The notes below the pieces were generated by a model. The model did not search any database, was not told the DNA's origin, and saw only the letters and a list, made by a program, of their open reading frames with translations. The translations under genes and the position numbers were made by a program. 64,000 nt of DNA, from NCBI GenBank assembly GCA_964247055.1, contig OZ176055.1:3286001-3350000 (forward strand), read 5' to 3'. Below are positions 1 through 14,827 of this stretch, one piece after another; positions within the stretch are counted from its first letter, which is position 1; the number at the start of each line of letters is the position of its first letter. This DNA is from Paragordius varius (lineage: Eukaryota; Animalia; Nematomorpha).

Positions 1-667
1 TTGTTTTTACGATTAAGGATTTATAAGGCAAGTTTTTGCATAAAAGTGGTTGTTTTTAATCAAATTAATGGTTAATATTATGCTATGAATATGTTTTTGT
101 AATGTTTTTTATTTTTCAGTGGTTCATGGTTGTTTCTTTGAATATATTATGAGAAACAGATGCTATTAAATTGTGTATATAAAATAACTAAATTTTTATA
201 AGCGGTTTTTTTGAAATTTATTATAATCAATTAAAGATTAATATTTTTATAGCTAAAACTATAATTTTTTTAAGTCAGTTTTATTTGTAAAAGCTTACCG
301 TTTTGGGTTGCTTAAATATAGATGCAAAATGGTAACACACTTAAATTCTTGTTAAAAACTGTAACTTTTACGGGCTGTATAAAAAAATCATGGATAAATA
401 TTGGATTTCGACTATAATATATTTTCCCCTTACTTATAAATCTTAATGTTTTAATTCTTATTGTACTATGTATGTACAGAGCGCAAATTTATGATCTATT
501 TTTATTGTAAAAAGCAACCAATTATATATAGTTATTTCAATTTTATCGAAACAACATCATTTTAATTATATACCTCAAATTAATAATTTAACTTAATTAT
601 TCCTAATCTTTAATCTAAACATTAATAATTATTTTTGGTCTTTAAAACTATTGATAATTTTGAAAAG

Positions 668-3009
668 GTGGTATCGTATCACCAACACCTCCAAGTAGCC
701 CTGGGGCAGTTATAACTCCACTTTTTATTTCGCTACTTAAGGATGGAGAAACTGAAGTTCGCGCTGCTGCTACAAATCAAATTAAAGGTATTATTGATTT
801 TTTAATTTCTTAAAATAAGATTTTTATAGGGCTAATGGAATATGTATATTTTTACTTATTTATTCACTTTTATAAACTGTATACTTTGAAGAAAAATATT
901 TTATTGGATGGAGTGTATAAATGGATATTGTTTTTTAAATACTTTAAACTTGTTAAATAAATTTGAAATGGATTAATTCTTTTCGCAAAACTATTAATAT
1001 TTCATATAAAAACATTTTGCAAAACACCAAATAATTTTTTGCCTTATTTGTTGGATCTCAAAAAAAACTGAATAAATATATAATTAGGTTAAACATTTCA
1101 TATAATCTTTAAAATGGTATTAATACTTATAATTTGACATCAAAATTTCATTGCTAAATTTTGGTGATATATATATATAATCAGTAGAATATAAGTAAAA
1201 TGATTTATAGCCATATTTTATATGTAATAATATTTTTCACAAGTTTTAAGATTGATACCCAAAAAACCGTCTCAATACATATCCGTTTATAAAAAAAGTG
1301 AAATGAAAAAGTTATAAAGTGTGTGTGTCTGTTTATATTTTACATCTTTTTAGATTTCTGTCAAAATTTGGATGTTCCTGACAAGGAAAATTTTTTAGTT
1401 GATAACATTATCCCATGTATTCAAGAGCTTGTGAATGATCCTCACACTGCAGTTAAATCGGCCCTCGCTTCAGTCGTTATGGGTTTAGCCCCTATTTTAG
1501 GGAAAGAAAAGTTTGATTTGATATGATTTATTTTTGTCGTTTAAAAATATTTCGAATGAAATATTAATAATATTTTTATCTAATGCTTACAGATATAAAA
1601 CCTTAAATTATTTTTTTATTTTTATATTACAAGTGTAAAATATTTACTTGATAATGTTTTTTTTGTAAAAAAATAAATATTTTTTTTTTTTTCATAGATT
1701 AATAAAATATATTTTAGCTTGTTAAAAAATGGTTTATTAAAAGTACGCCATGTTTATAAATCCTTTATATATATATATATATATTATATAGCCATAGGGT
1801 GTTGTTTTGAGGTTTTGCATTGAAATATTCCTAACGACGAGGGTGTTTTATTAAAAGTATATTACAAAAAACATATAAACTTCCCAAAAAGTTAATCTTT
1901 TTGCATCCACTCATTTTTGGATTAATTACATTTTAATATATGCAAATATAAATAAATTAGGCTTAAATGATATTAACGCTATTTTAATAAATATTTAAAA
2001 TTAAATAGCAAATTTACAAGAATTAATTATAGCTGCAAAAGGAAGAAATTGTAAAAAAATACTTATATTAATTGTATTTTAGAAAACATATAATTTTATA
2101 GTTTCATGAAAAAATATTGGTAGTTTTTATAAACGGTTTTTATTATACAGTAAAAATACATTTTATACGGACAAAACTTTAAGATATAACGACAAAATTT
2201 TTTTAAAAGACAACAATACTTTTTACACCCTAATTTATCCCAATAATCATTTAATATCAATCAATATGTAATTAATTGTGTTACCAACATACATCTCATA
2301 TATATCGTTAATTAATCCATGGAATCTACGATTCCCTACTTTTCAATTTAAAACTATGAAATTATAATAAAAAAATTAAAATATAAAACGTATGGGTTTG
2401 ACTTTTTAAATTTTATATTTTTACGTTTTTTCCGTATAATTTCAATTTTTACCGTGATCAAAAATTAAAAGTAATGAAATTTGATTAACTTTATATCGTT
2501 ATTATATTAAAATTTGTTTTTCAGTACAATCAACCATCTCGTACCGCTATTTTTGACGCAACTTAAAGATGAATGTCCGGAAGTTCGATTAAACATCATT
2601 TCTAACATTGAATTCGTTAACAAGGTTTAATAATTTTACTTGAATAGCCATTTGATTTGTATAGATATTAGGTGGGTATGATGGTTTAAATATTTTTCCC
2701 TACTGATTAGGTTAAAATATAACTTACTAATAATATGAATCATTTATGTTGAAATATGCATATAACTTATAAATGTGAAAAAATGTTTTTTTTAACCAAT
2801 CTTAACAAGAAAAATTTTTAATTCAATCGGAAAACAATATAAATAAAGTTAACTTTGTGCTAAAAATCCTAAAATATAAACAAAAAATATATTTTTTTAC
2901 CTCATGCCTTTGTTTTCAAAAACGGCTTTTTCGTTCCAAAACAATTCCGTAATCATTATTGAGAAAAATTTTTTTTGGTTTTATAAAAACATTTCGCTTT
3001 CAATCTCCA

Positions 3010-3048
<39 letters not shown>

Positions 3049-6000
3049 TTTTAATGGTTGCTTATTCTACACTATAATTGGACAATTTGCAACACAGTAG
3101 GTGATGTATGGAAAAAAAGAAAGGAAAAAAAATGTTTTTATATTTCACATTTTGTTGTTTTTTTCCATACACTATTGTGTTGCAAATTGCCCAAATATAG
3201 TTTGAAATTCTATTTAATTTAAAAATTATAAATTAATGAATGGTTTTAGGCAATTGGGGCTATGCAATTAACGCGATGTCTATTACCAGCCGTTATAGAA
3301 TTAGCTGAGGATGCAAAATGGAGAGTGAGATTGGCAATAGTTGAACATATGCCCTTACTAGCAAGTCATTTGGTATACCATTCCTTTTTTTGGAGTTTTG
3401 TATCAACTTTAAAATATTGCATAAAAAAATTAGTTATTTTTCTGAATGTTTTCATTGTAATTGCATGGTTTATTAGTTATAAATTTGATTATAATTTGTT
3501 AATTTGATAATGTTTTAAAATTATTTGAAAAAAATGAATGATAATTTACGGAATTCTATATTAATATGAAAACTTAGAATTACTTTATTGCATGATTTTG
3601 AATATTTGAAATAGAAAGTAGTTGATTCTATGCTATAAGAGAAATTAATAATTACCTGATTAAATTTTTTTAAATTCCAACTAACCATATTGATAAGAAA
3701 TAATTATTATACTTTGAAATTTAATCGACTGTATAAGTTGATTAGAATGAAAACATTAAATCTAAGGGTAGTTTTTACCAAAATAAATCATAATATATTA
3801 TAAAATTTAATATAATAAATTTATTTATTTTAGGGTAAAGAATTTTTCGATGATAAATTGAATGTATTAACCATGTCTTGGCTTGTGGATCATGGTATGA
3901 ATTGCATAATTATTTTTGTTCTTAAAATTAAATTATTTTGAATTAATTTTCTTTTAAGTTTTTTGAAAAATGTAAGGCCTGGATTTTATATTATTTATGA
4001 AGGATAGAAAATTATAATACTTATTAATTATTTTTAACATATAAATATTAAATGTAAGAATAAAACAAAAACGACAATATTTTTTATTGTGGAAAGCAAA
4101 ATTTTTGAACCTTAATTTATTTAATTTATATAATTTTCTATCCATTTGGGTTACGAATTAACACAGTAATATCATGTTGGGGATGTTATATGGAAAATAA
4201 TTGGAGATTAAATAATTTCACAGTAGAATATTTAAATATATAGACAAAAATCGTAAAAACCAAAATACAATCTTTTTTCATCCTTATTTTTAAACTTTGA
4301 TATATTTTTATAACTACAATTTTGCAAAATATAATTGATATTACAACTCTCTTCTATATTATATGTTATTATATAATTATGATTATCGAAAATTAATTTT
4401 GACGTTTTGTCTACATAATTCTATTCACACAGTATAAACAAAAGATAGATTAGTTTATTACGCTTTGCATTTATTTTATGAATGAAAAAGAAATTTAAAT
4501 ATTTTTTACCTGTAGTTTATGCTATTCGTGAAGCAGCCACCAAAAACCTAAAAAATTTAACCGAAAATTTTGGAAATGAATGGGCTCTAACTTCAATCGT
4601 TCCGAAACTCAATAGCCTGGCTACGGATAAAAATTATTTGTATCGCATGACAGCACTATTTGCTATAAATGTATGTATGTTAGTTTTAATGACACTTGAA
4701 TTGATTTAATTTATTCAACGTATTTTCAAATATTTTGTTTTTTTTATCATTTTTAACGATCGTTAGATAGGTAATTAGGCAATTTTATTAAAGGTAAACT
4801 AATTTTTTTATATATCGGATGACAGACCTATTGCTATAATTGTATGTTTTATTGGTTCTTTTTTTAGATTGATTATATAATTATTTACAATGGCCAATTT
4901 TACAAAATTATTTAGCAATAATTTTTTGGGGAAATATGTGGATTATATATATTATTTGCTGAAAAAAAAGTTTAAAACGTTGGACGGAAACAAATAAAAA
5001 TATTTTTAATCAACACTCCATTACCTTCTGGGGTAGTTTTTTTACATACTAGAGCGATATGATTGAATATTTTAAAAAGTATTTAAGGTATTAAGCCCAA
5101 TTTAAAAATATGTTTTCTTTAGCCTTTTAGACGCATTATACAAAATTTTTTTGAACCAATGTAAAATTGTAAAAAAATCCTCATCTTAAACTCTTTTGCT
5201 GCCAACTTTTTCTATAAATTTTTTTAATCGCTAATGCAACAGGCTAATAATTGTATATCATGGTTAGAAATATAAATCATTCACTTTAAAAAGCTTTCAG
5301 GCTACATTTCCCAGAAAAAATTGATATATTTTGATTTTATTATGTGCTATTCGTTTCAATCGTGTTTTGGAGCTGTCCCAGTTTTAGACTCTAGAAGTCA
5401 CAAAACTGTAAAAAATATAAGCTTTTTTATCGAATACTGAACAATATATGAAAATTAAGTTTTAACTGAAATAATTTTCAAACCTGTAGTTTATTTTCAA
5501 AATTGAGCTCTAAGATATAAAATTACCCCAAATGGTTACTAGGACAAAAATACAAATATTAATATTACTTTTAACATAATCTCTGAATTAATTAACGCGA
5601 GTTTGCATGTTTTTTACTCACAAAAACTTCACGATATAATTTTCAATAATTAATAAATATTACTAAGGCGTGAAAAATCACACTTTATTGTTAATTAATA
5701 TTAACTAAGTTTACAAAATAGGGGTTTACAAAAAAATATCTCGCTAATATTTTTGATAGAAAAATGATTAAGAATTATACGAGACATTAAAACTTTAATC
5801 CTTTATTATAAATAATTTTTTTCTATTCTGTGTATTTAAGTATTAATTTTATGGATTTGCTAAAAAAGTGTATAATTTAAATAAAATATGGCCCACATAT
5901 TTTAAATTTTTATAAAAAAAATATGAATTTATAAGAAACTGATAATTTTTTTCGTTTTTATAAATTAAAATTGTCTAGGTTTTAGCACCTGTTGTAGGTC

Positions 6001-6633
6001 CCGAGTTTGTCGCACAACATTTCATCCCTTTATGCCTTCAATTGGCCAACGATAAAGTTGCCAATGTTCGATTTAATGTGGCTAAAACGTTTCAGAAAAT
6101 TCATGAATCATTTGATCAAAGGTATGGTATGGTATATAGAAAAAAAGGAATTTTATTGTTTTATCATTATAAACGCTTTTTTTAATGATAAAGACAAAAC
6201 ATATACTTTTATGAGGAATATTATAAGTAAAACCCTGATTTTCTAAATTTATTTTAAACTGTGAAATATGGCATATAGTTGTTTATTGGAACACATTCAA
6301 ATGTTATAACACATTCAAATGTATGAACAAACAATGATTAAAAATATGATTTTTATACAAAGCATATATTAATCTCTTAATTTTATGTTCAACATTTATT
6401 TTAACTATTTAGCACTCTACAAGGGCAAATTAAACCGTGTTTGGATAAATTGTGTCAAGATACCGATTCAGACGTTAAATTTTATGCTTCAGAGGCTTTG
6501 ACTAGTAAGAAAATTTTGATAAAATACGTTTTTTTCAGGAAATTAAAATTATGCGTTTGTAATATATATATATATATATATATATGTGGTTATATTTCAA
6601 TTTATTTATTTTATAGTTTGTGTTGGTGGATAA
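668..6633 (+). CDS. PPP2R1A: Protein phosphatase 2A scaffold subunit A (PR65, HEAT repeats), 5'-truncated by the window edge
   Basis: GT-AG exons in consistent phase: 668-787, 1354-1510, 2525-2624, 3250-3372, 3834-3894, 4516-4670, 5979-6121, 6413-6504, 6617-6633 (TAA). Peptides [89 protein letters not shown] match PP2A-A. AATAAA at 6789-6794. Confidence 0.97.
2146..2456. mobile_element. Same TA-CAGT MITE family, copy in a PP2A-A intron
   Basis: tacagtaaaaatacattttatacggacaaaac ... tccgtataatttcaatttttaccgtg. Confidence 0.7.
5015..5545. repeat. ~500-bp interspersed repeat with imperfect ggggtagtttt/aaaactacccc inverted ends; other copies at ~48951-49456 and ~52810-53210
   Basis: Shared blocks aaaatatgctttctttagtcttttag, aaaaagctttcaggctacattt and gctgtcccagttttagactctagaagtca occur across the three places. 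Confidence 0.7.
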
Positions 6634-6932
6634 AATTTCTAATAACAATCTCAATAGTTCCAACAAAAAGCGCTATAATTTTAACTATTAACTGATATAT
6701 TTCAATGTTCGTTTTTAGCCTTTTTACTTATAGTGTGTCTATGTGATTATTATTAAATATATATTTACACTACTGTTTGCAAATGTTCAATAAAACGTAT
6801 TTTATTCATAATCTATTATTCAATTTCGTAATATTTTATGTTTAAACGAAATCTTTATGGCTTCAAAAGAGTTAAATCAAAAAGATATACGTATTTTTGA
6901 AATAATTTATTAATTAAATATGATAAAGGAAC

Positions 6933-6963
<31 letters not shown>

Positions 6964-7463
6964 ATGTAATAAAATAAGTTTTAAAATCTATTTAAGCACA
7001 ATAATGATGGAAATATTGGAAATTATCACAATATAACACTGGTAGTATTGTATATTAAAGTATTATATAATTATTGAGAAAAAAACATTAGCGTTTAAAT
7101 ATGTATTGATAATATAAATCAAAAAAGGCGCTTGCTTAAGCTTTAATATATTTTTTTTGTATAGCATAAATTTATCATATAAATATTATTGGATTTGGAA
7201 AATATAAATTTTCTTTAAAAAAACTGTTTTAATTAGATAATGACGTCAATGAGATATTTTTTATAATTCACACAGCTTTTGACGTAATTTTTTTTAATAA
7301 ATAATAATTCTAAGAAAGCGATTGATTGCACATTAATTTTTTTCGTATCATTTTATAATTTAAAATAAAATAGAAAAAGCCGGCCGTGCATTTGTCATTT
7401 TGTTGTAATATTAGTTGTTGATCTTTTAAACAAAAGGCTTTAGTAAAAAACACATTCATGTGA

Positions 7464-10400
7464 TTATTGATTTACACTCATTTTCCTTGTATTAATATAA
7501 TTGTCAGTACTGGGATTATTTTGAGTCTTTGTTGTTTCAATCATATCGTGACTATGTCTCTTTCGTTGCAAATAATTTTTGAAGGCCGATTGAATGACAA
7601 TAGCTGCCGAATCTAAAAATCCTGAATATTCTTCGCTATTTTCATCGGGAGACGGTGTTACAAATTTTGAATGGCCCAATTTATTCGTTTTGCCATCGAT
7701 TGACGAAGTTGAGGGTGTTAACGTATTCGGTGGGTTGGTATGGTTTGTAGTGGATTGAGCTATTTAGAAGTCATATGATAATAATAACAAAATTAGTTTG
7801 CCTTTTATAAAATTTGGTATCTCTTTAACAATGTGGAATCATATCCTATATTTAACAAAATTTGAATTTTTTGTGCTAAAAAATCAGTATTTTATCATCA
7901 AAACTGATCATTAAAATTGAAGTATAGGTTTTATTTTTGTTTTCCAGTTGTTTCTAATTTCGGAATCTTCTGTTTTTAATAATGATTTGGTTTTTTTGTT
8001 TATTATATTAGACTTTTGGTGACACGATATATAAGTATTTTGCACAATGACACTGAAAAGTTAAATTGTTAATCTGGGAACACTTAACGATAAAAAACAC
8101 ATTAAATCTTTATTATCCGCCCTTGTTTTACAAATCTCAACAAACTTAATTAAATAACGTAAAAAACCTTTATTAAAGGCGGAATGTGACGGGGATATGT
8201 TTGAGTTGTCCGATATTTTAGAATCATTAGGACTGTGCAATAAGGTTACGTCTCCTTGTTGATGCTTTTTACTTTGATCATTTTCATTCGAGCTCTTAAA
8301 AGATTACAAAAAAATAAGATAAAGGAAATATGTTGGTAGTTTTTAAAAATTCTCTGAAAAACCTTAGTTTTAAATGATACTTTTTTATCCAATAGCAAAT
8401 CCTTTTTCAGCAAATCATATCGATGATCGCTCGTGGGTAAATGGGCAATATAATCTCTAACTTCTTTGCGGGTTAAATGTCCTTTGAATGCCGCTTGTAT
8501 TTTAATGGCAGCTTCTTTGACCAAATCATCGTCGAACAAGGCTTTTTCCGTGGATGGTGATAAATTTTCTGTTTGACCTATAAAAAAACAAATTTCTAAT
8601 TAGAACAATTTAATCATAAATATCATTTCTACATGTGTTTAAAATGCCCTAAAGATCGTGATTGTGATCGCTTTTAAATATAACTTGTCGTAAAGCGTAA
8701 TCATATGACTTTTTAAAATAATCTGTAAATCCATTATATACATAATTTAACGAAATTTAAATTGGCAGCTAAAATTAATTTGTCAATAAATAGATTTATT
8801 TCATTCATTTTATTAGTCAAAATCCCAATCAATTTAACAAAAACCTATTGTATTTATGAATGCCATCCAAATTTTTTGATATGCCACAAATAAATAGCAA
8901 TAAAAATTACCATTCATATTTAATTTCTTGCGTGTCCGATAACCCTTATACAATGCTTGGATCAATGTTGCAGCTTCATCCGGATTTTCATCAAATCGAT
9001 GTGGTTTATTTGCGTCCAATCTATTATGTGATCCTTTTAACTTATGCTTTTCATTATGGGTAAATTCCATGGAATCTTCTTTGAAGCCCTGGTTATCGTA
9101 AGAAAAATCTTTGTTTTGTCCTTTCTCCTGTTTTTGAGGTGATCCAGTAGGAGTGGCATTGTTAGATACGGGCAAAGGTGGTAAAGTACGTACCGATTTA
9201 TAAGTAGCTTGATTCAAATCACTGCTCGGTATATTGTCATTATTGGGTAGTAGTTTGTTTTCATTTTCCGCTTGAGGTGTACTATTCGGTATCATGTGAT
9301 AAGATGAAATTGAAAGCTTTTCTTTTTTACTTGTGGTGGTCTTTGCTGAAGTATCCTCGATATTTTCATCCCCACTATTATTGTCTAACATGTAATCGTG
9401 GGTAAGACCGTCTCCCATGGTATTATCATGATGTGCACCGCTTTGCTTCCCTTGTTCCAGGTGAATATTGTTTTGATTTTTGGTATTCGTTGCAGAAGTT
9501 ACATCAGCAATATCACCGTACGAGGATTCATCTTGTGTATATCCGCCGCTAAATTCATAGCTAAATGGGTGAGTCGGACTTTCAGGCTCTACGGTTTTGT
9601 CATTTTTGTTGCTACCAAAAACCATTTTTTTGGTCGGTGACAATGGAATAACTGGAGCCGTTGAAAAATCATCAAAAACGGTTTCTTTGGAGTGGTACGA
9701 CTGCGTAGGGGAATGGCTAGTTGTAGTTTGTATGAGATTTAGTTTAATAGTTGGTGCTAAAATAGTTTTCATAATTGAATACTTAAAGTTTTAAAATAAT
9801 GGCTAATAGAATGAGTTAGAGATGGTTAACAAATAATTTTCTTAATTGTCTAACTGTATACAGAATTGAATTTTTAAATAATTGCACCTGCTATTAAATA
9901 ATCCAAAATAAAATGAATGTTTTTTAAAGCATAACGATAGAAATAAATCATTTTCAAGATTATGTAAATTATTTTTTTTTCAAAATACGTATGTACAAAA
10001 TATTTACATAATTCCGCATCATGGACGTTCATATGTATAGTTTTATCTGAGAATGGTTCATTGCCTTGAATCTTATTCTTTTTACCATGATTACTTAATT
10101 CAGATTTTTGGTTACTGCTAACTTTTGTACGTAATGAATATTCTTTGATCGGTTCCCCATCATCACCATCATTTTTTTCACCTTCGGAACTTATATCTTC
10201 AGATTCATCAGAAATTCCTACTTTTTTCCCAAATTTTTTAGTTGAGGCACCTTGCAAGTCATTTCTATTATCAAGCCCTGTGGCTTTTGGTTGATGATAA
10301 ATCCCTGTTCCAGCATACTCATTGGAACGACTTAAACCGGAATCTCGACTAACATTTTTGTCCTTTTTCGTGGGTGAGAGTGGACTATTTTGCAACAACC

Positions 10401-12163
10401 AAGTTTCCTAAATATGCCACCATTTTTATAATCACAAAAAATGTTGAAATCTTAATCCGAAACAGTTGGCTAGAAAGGGCAAATATTTAGAAATTATCTG
10501 AAATATATTGTTTTTGTGAAGGAGTGGTTTAATTAATGGCAAAATAGGTATAATAGTATTTTTTTACATAGCGAGAAAATTAATATGTTTTATTCTAAGA
10601 AAAAAAATATTTTTAAAAGTCGATCATGTCTCAACTAGTATGGAAAAATTGGACAAAAATTAACATGACGACGTTTTTGCTTTAAAGTAACATTACAAAC
10701 CGATATTTTCATAAAAAAAATTTAAAAAAATATAATATCATATATTTAAAAGAATCCTAAACATCTTCTACTTAAATAATATGGCTCATGTATTAAGTAA
10801 AACCTACCGTCTCATTGTTTCAAAATCCATATCAAGATTAAACGCATGTCAATCTACCCCCCCCCCCGAATCAGTTGTTAACTTGATTTAGATAACAATT
10901 CATATTAGGTATTTTAAACTTTAAACCACAAAGTTTGAAACATAAAAATCAAGACCAGCCTATATATTGAGCCATATTTAATCAATATAATTTTTATAAA
11001 ATAACTTGTAATTAAAAAAATATTACCTTACTGGGCCCACCATAACTTTGTGTCATATTTTGGTTTAACCATTTATCAGCATTCATACCATCATAGTATT
11101 CAAAATCTGATATATATAAAATTATATCAAATAAAACATTTGCCTTTTAATTTTAATTTATTTTTGCCCAATGTTTGAACTCCTATTGTAGAGATTTTAA
11201 ATTTTATTTGTTCTTTCTTTAAAAATTTTAATTCAAAGAAAAAATTAATCATCAAAGTAACCTCAAACCACCTTATTAATAATTTATGAAAAAATAATGT
11301 AAAATATTATTACAATCCGTTTATTTTGTTTTACATTATTTATACAAGAGGAAAAATCGTCTCTTGTATAAATACCATATTTTTTGTTTTTGATCTAAAT
11401 TGTTCGTTGTCTTAACTGTCTAATTTTATGAGAAATGACTGAAAGTAGACAGAAAAGACCTTGAAGTATATTAAATTTAAAAGTAAGCTTTTTTTCACCA
11501 ACAAATATTTCTTCTATTAACATCTTTCTCGAGAGCTTGAAATCAATTAAAAAAATTTTAAACCTCTTAAATATTAAAATTGAGAGGTGAAAATTTTAGT
11601 GTCAACTTTTTAAATATCTAACTGGAAAATGTTTAGATATTACAGTAAAAATTGAAATACGGACAAAACATAAATATATAAAGACAAATTTTTTTTTTGA
11701 ATAATATCCATACTTTTTTAAACCCTAATTTTTCCTATATAGTCTATTTGGCTATAAATGTAAAATGTTATAATTGTTATTTCACATTTGCCATTTTACA
11801 CAATGGGTTCTATTTACTAAAATCAAGGTTTAAAAGTATGGTTGTTTTTTGGAAAAAAGTATTTGTCTTTATATTTTTACCTTTTGTCCGTATAATTTCA
11901 ATTTTTACTGTATCTTTTAATTTTAAAAGACACCCAAATGTAACAATTAATTGCAATGAATTACCCAGTATAAATTGATTATCGATTTCCAAGGCGAGAT
12001 TACGTCTTTGGACGCAAGCATTCAAAAAATGAATCGAGAATTTGTAAATATCTTTGGGTTGTTTTATCAGCACAGCTTTCGCAATCTGTTCCAACATGGA
12101 AGGTAAACCAGGCGGAATTACAATTTTGTTTTCGGACAAAGGCGTAGTTTTTTTCGGTTCCAT
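7464..12163 (-). CDS. RIIa dimerization/docking-domain protein with three IQ motifs (Sp17/SPA17-like, ~714 aa, long low-complexity linkers)
   Basis: Exons 12163-11965, 11106-11027, 10407-10008, 9756-8911, 8577-8381 (alternative donor 8363), 8294-8168, 7759-7464, all phase-compatible (2145 nt). N-terminus IPPGLPSMLEQIAKAVLIKQPKDIYKFSIHFL fits the RIIa D/D pattern. IQ motifs IQALYKGYRTRK, IQAAFKGHLTRK, IQSAFKNYLQRK. Confidence 0.8.
11641..11912. mobile_element. Tc1/mariner-type MITE (TA-CAGTAAAAATT...TACTG-TA family)
   Basis: TIRs tacagtaaaaattgaaatacggacaaaa / ttttgtccgtataatttcaatttttactgta, with TA flanks. Lies in intron 1 of the RIIa-IQ gene. Confidence 0.8.
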
Positions 12164-13361
12164 TTTTGAAAGTTATCAAAAAAAAATTTTTTTTGAAAGT
12201 ATGTCCACACAGGAAAAGATGAGATAAATGATTTGATTACACGACGCAAAGTTTGAATGCAATAGACAACATAAAAAAAATTATCTTTATGGTGGTATCA
12301 GCAATATCTTATATAATGCTTTGGTTTGACGCAACTTAAAATGTCATTTATGGAAAGAATATTATGTAGAGTATGCGTGGAGGAATGATAAAATCACACA
12401 AAAAAATTATAATTTGGTCGTTGTATTATTTATATATTGTAACCAATATTTTTATATACTATCATTCATTTTCAAAACATACATAAGACAACAAGAAAAA
12501 AAGCGTATAAATAAAAAAATCAATGAGATAGAAAGATAGCGTTTTAAGCAAGTCTGACTTGTGTCTCTCCTATCTGGTTTGCGTTACGAAATTATTGCGT
12601 TAATAATATATTTTTTTTGGGAAAATAATATTCCTAAAATTATATTATAAAAAAATTTTGCTTATTATGTTTAATTGCGACAGATAAACTGTATTTGATT
12701 AATATTTCCTATAAATTTTGCAAATTCCCTAATTTTTTAATAATCATTATCTAAATGTGCTTAAAAGTTTGTTAACAGTAAACATATTATTGGATATAAG
12801 GGTCTTTTTATAAAAGAATAAATTATATTTAATACCTACTATTCACCAATTTAAACACTCTAACCAGTATTATGGCTCCTTGATTATTATTGCAAAAAAA
12901 TGCCCCTTAATATAATAAATTTTATAATGTAATAAAAATCAAAAAATTATCTATATATTAACACTAAAAATTCTCTTTGGATATAATTTGGTTTATATGT
13001 ATGCGCGCACATTGTCAAAATATTTCCCCTATATAGTTATTGTTAAGCTTGGAAGCGTCTCAAAAAATCTAAAAAAATCAATAATCATTATTGTTTATAA
13101 TAATATATTATATAAAGTAAAGTAAAACTTTGATATATAATATATCAATCTTTTAATATTTATACTTATACTCATGCGTATGTGTATTGTTTCGAATTGA
13201 TCATTTAAAATTTGATTGAAATATATCTTAAAATTATGAATTTTTTTAGTTAAACGCCAAATTTTATTGTTAAAAGTATAAAGCAGTTTCTGCGGGAGCA
13301 GAAAAGAGCAGTTAATCCTGTATTGTGAATTATTTTTTGTACAATGGGTCATTGTTTAAAC

Positions 13362-13645
13362 CAGGGGTATCCAGCACGCGGCCCTTCTAGACCTTATGTG
13401 CGGCCCGCGAAAATTTTGGAAATGAATAATTTGAAAAATATGCTTATGAAATTCTAGTAAAATCGATATTTATTAAAAAATTCTGAATAAGTCTGTATAA
13501 ATGGCAATGAATTGTAGATAAAATTGTTATATTGTTGTTTGGATTCTACAGTCTTGTTTGAAATTCAAATTATTAATTGATGCCCATATATATTTCAAAT
13601 GCGGCCCGCTACTATTCTTGAGTTTAAAGCTTGCGAGGCCATTTG
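13362..13645. mobile_element. Buster/Charlie-like hAT MITE, right TIR eroded
   Basis: gtttaaac|caggggtatccagcacgcggccc...tgcggcccgcgaaaatttt...aaatgcggcccgc. Confidence 0.7.
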
Positions 13646-14446
13646 TTTAAAAATCAAAGGTAAGGAAAAATTTAAGTAATGTGTTTTTTACATCCTTAAA
13701 ATCTAAATGTCCGGTAAATTATATCATAAATGTATTGTCGCTTTATATCAATTATTTGTCACACTATGCGAATAAAGTGGAATATGGATAACAGTTTTTG
13801 AAAGATAAACCAAAAATATTTTTGCTTTCAGTTTTAAATTACTTATGCAAAAAACTAAATTCCCTAATGTATCATCCATTATATTTTTAATTTGTGTTTT
13901 TTAGGTGATCCGTCTGTTATTTAATAAACCATGACTATATATATATATATATATGTAGTATCTCACAAAATGTTAATCATTTATTTTATAATAGCTTTAC
14001 TATACGGCAATAATTTCAACTTAGCTTAATACATTTTTAAAATAGGTACTTTAATCAAATTAATACAGTCTTTTATTAAAAAATTAAGCTGAAATGCGTA
14101 CAAATATAAAAAATATATATTTTAATTTTCGACTTTTATAGTAAAGTCTTTATAAATACAATGCGTAATTCTCTCAATTTTTAAATTAATACAGTCTTTC
14201 TTGTTAAATACTTTAATATTGTAAATTTTTACAAAATTAAAGTCATATAATCATTAAATGAATACACGTTTTCCAATAAGTTCCTTTAAAGCCAACATTC
14301 TTTTTGGTAATATAAACTAAATGATAAAATATTTAAGTATATTAAGCCTATACAAAGTTATATAGCAAAGTTTGGTGTGTTAGTAATAAGTTTTTGAATT
14401 TTTGGCTAACCACAAAAATGGTATAGATATATCTCAACCTTTAAAC

Positions 14447-14740
14447 CAGGGATGTCCAACACGTTGCCCTCTAAAAAAATTTAGCCCGCGAAAAATTGCG
14501 AAAAATACCAAATATTTAAAAAAAAATGCTATTACCACAAAATCTAAATAAGATTGATGTTTTTTAAACCAATTTCTGAATAATACGTCTATCCACATTT
14601 AGGCAATAAAGCAGCAAAAATTAGTAAATAATAGTAGTTTTATTGTATAAAATTTTTACAATCTTACGTTTAAAATTTAATAATTTATTAAAGTCTATAT
14701 ATTTTTCGACGGCCCGCGAAGCCATAGGTGCAAGACACTG
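14447..14740. mobile_element. Non-autonomous hAT (Buster/Charlie-like) MITE
   Basis: Starts cagggatgtccaacacg and carries ggcccgcgaa motifs. Flanks ctttaaac / ttttaaac form a near-perfect 8-bp TSD with central TA. Confidence 0.75.
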
Positions 14741-14780
14741 TTTTAAACCAAAAGAAAGGTTTCAAAGGCTTTATAAGTAA

Positions 14781-14783
<3 letters not shown>

Positions 14784-14822
<39 letters not shown>
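14784..14822. repeat. (TA)n microsatellite, one of many in the window (e.g. 3012-3045, ~6940-6962, ~60480-60505)
   Basis: Pure TA run read directly from the sequence. Confidence 0.95.

Positions 14823-14827
<5 letters not shown>

Noticed and set aside
7900-8055. Possible extra exon of the RIIa-IQ gene
   Set aside because: It is open only in a phase incompatible with the neighbouring exons.
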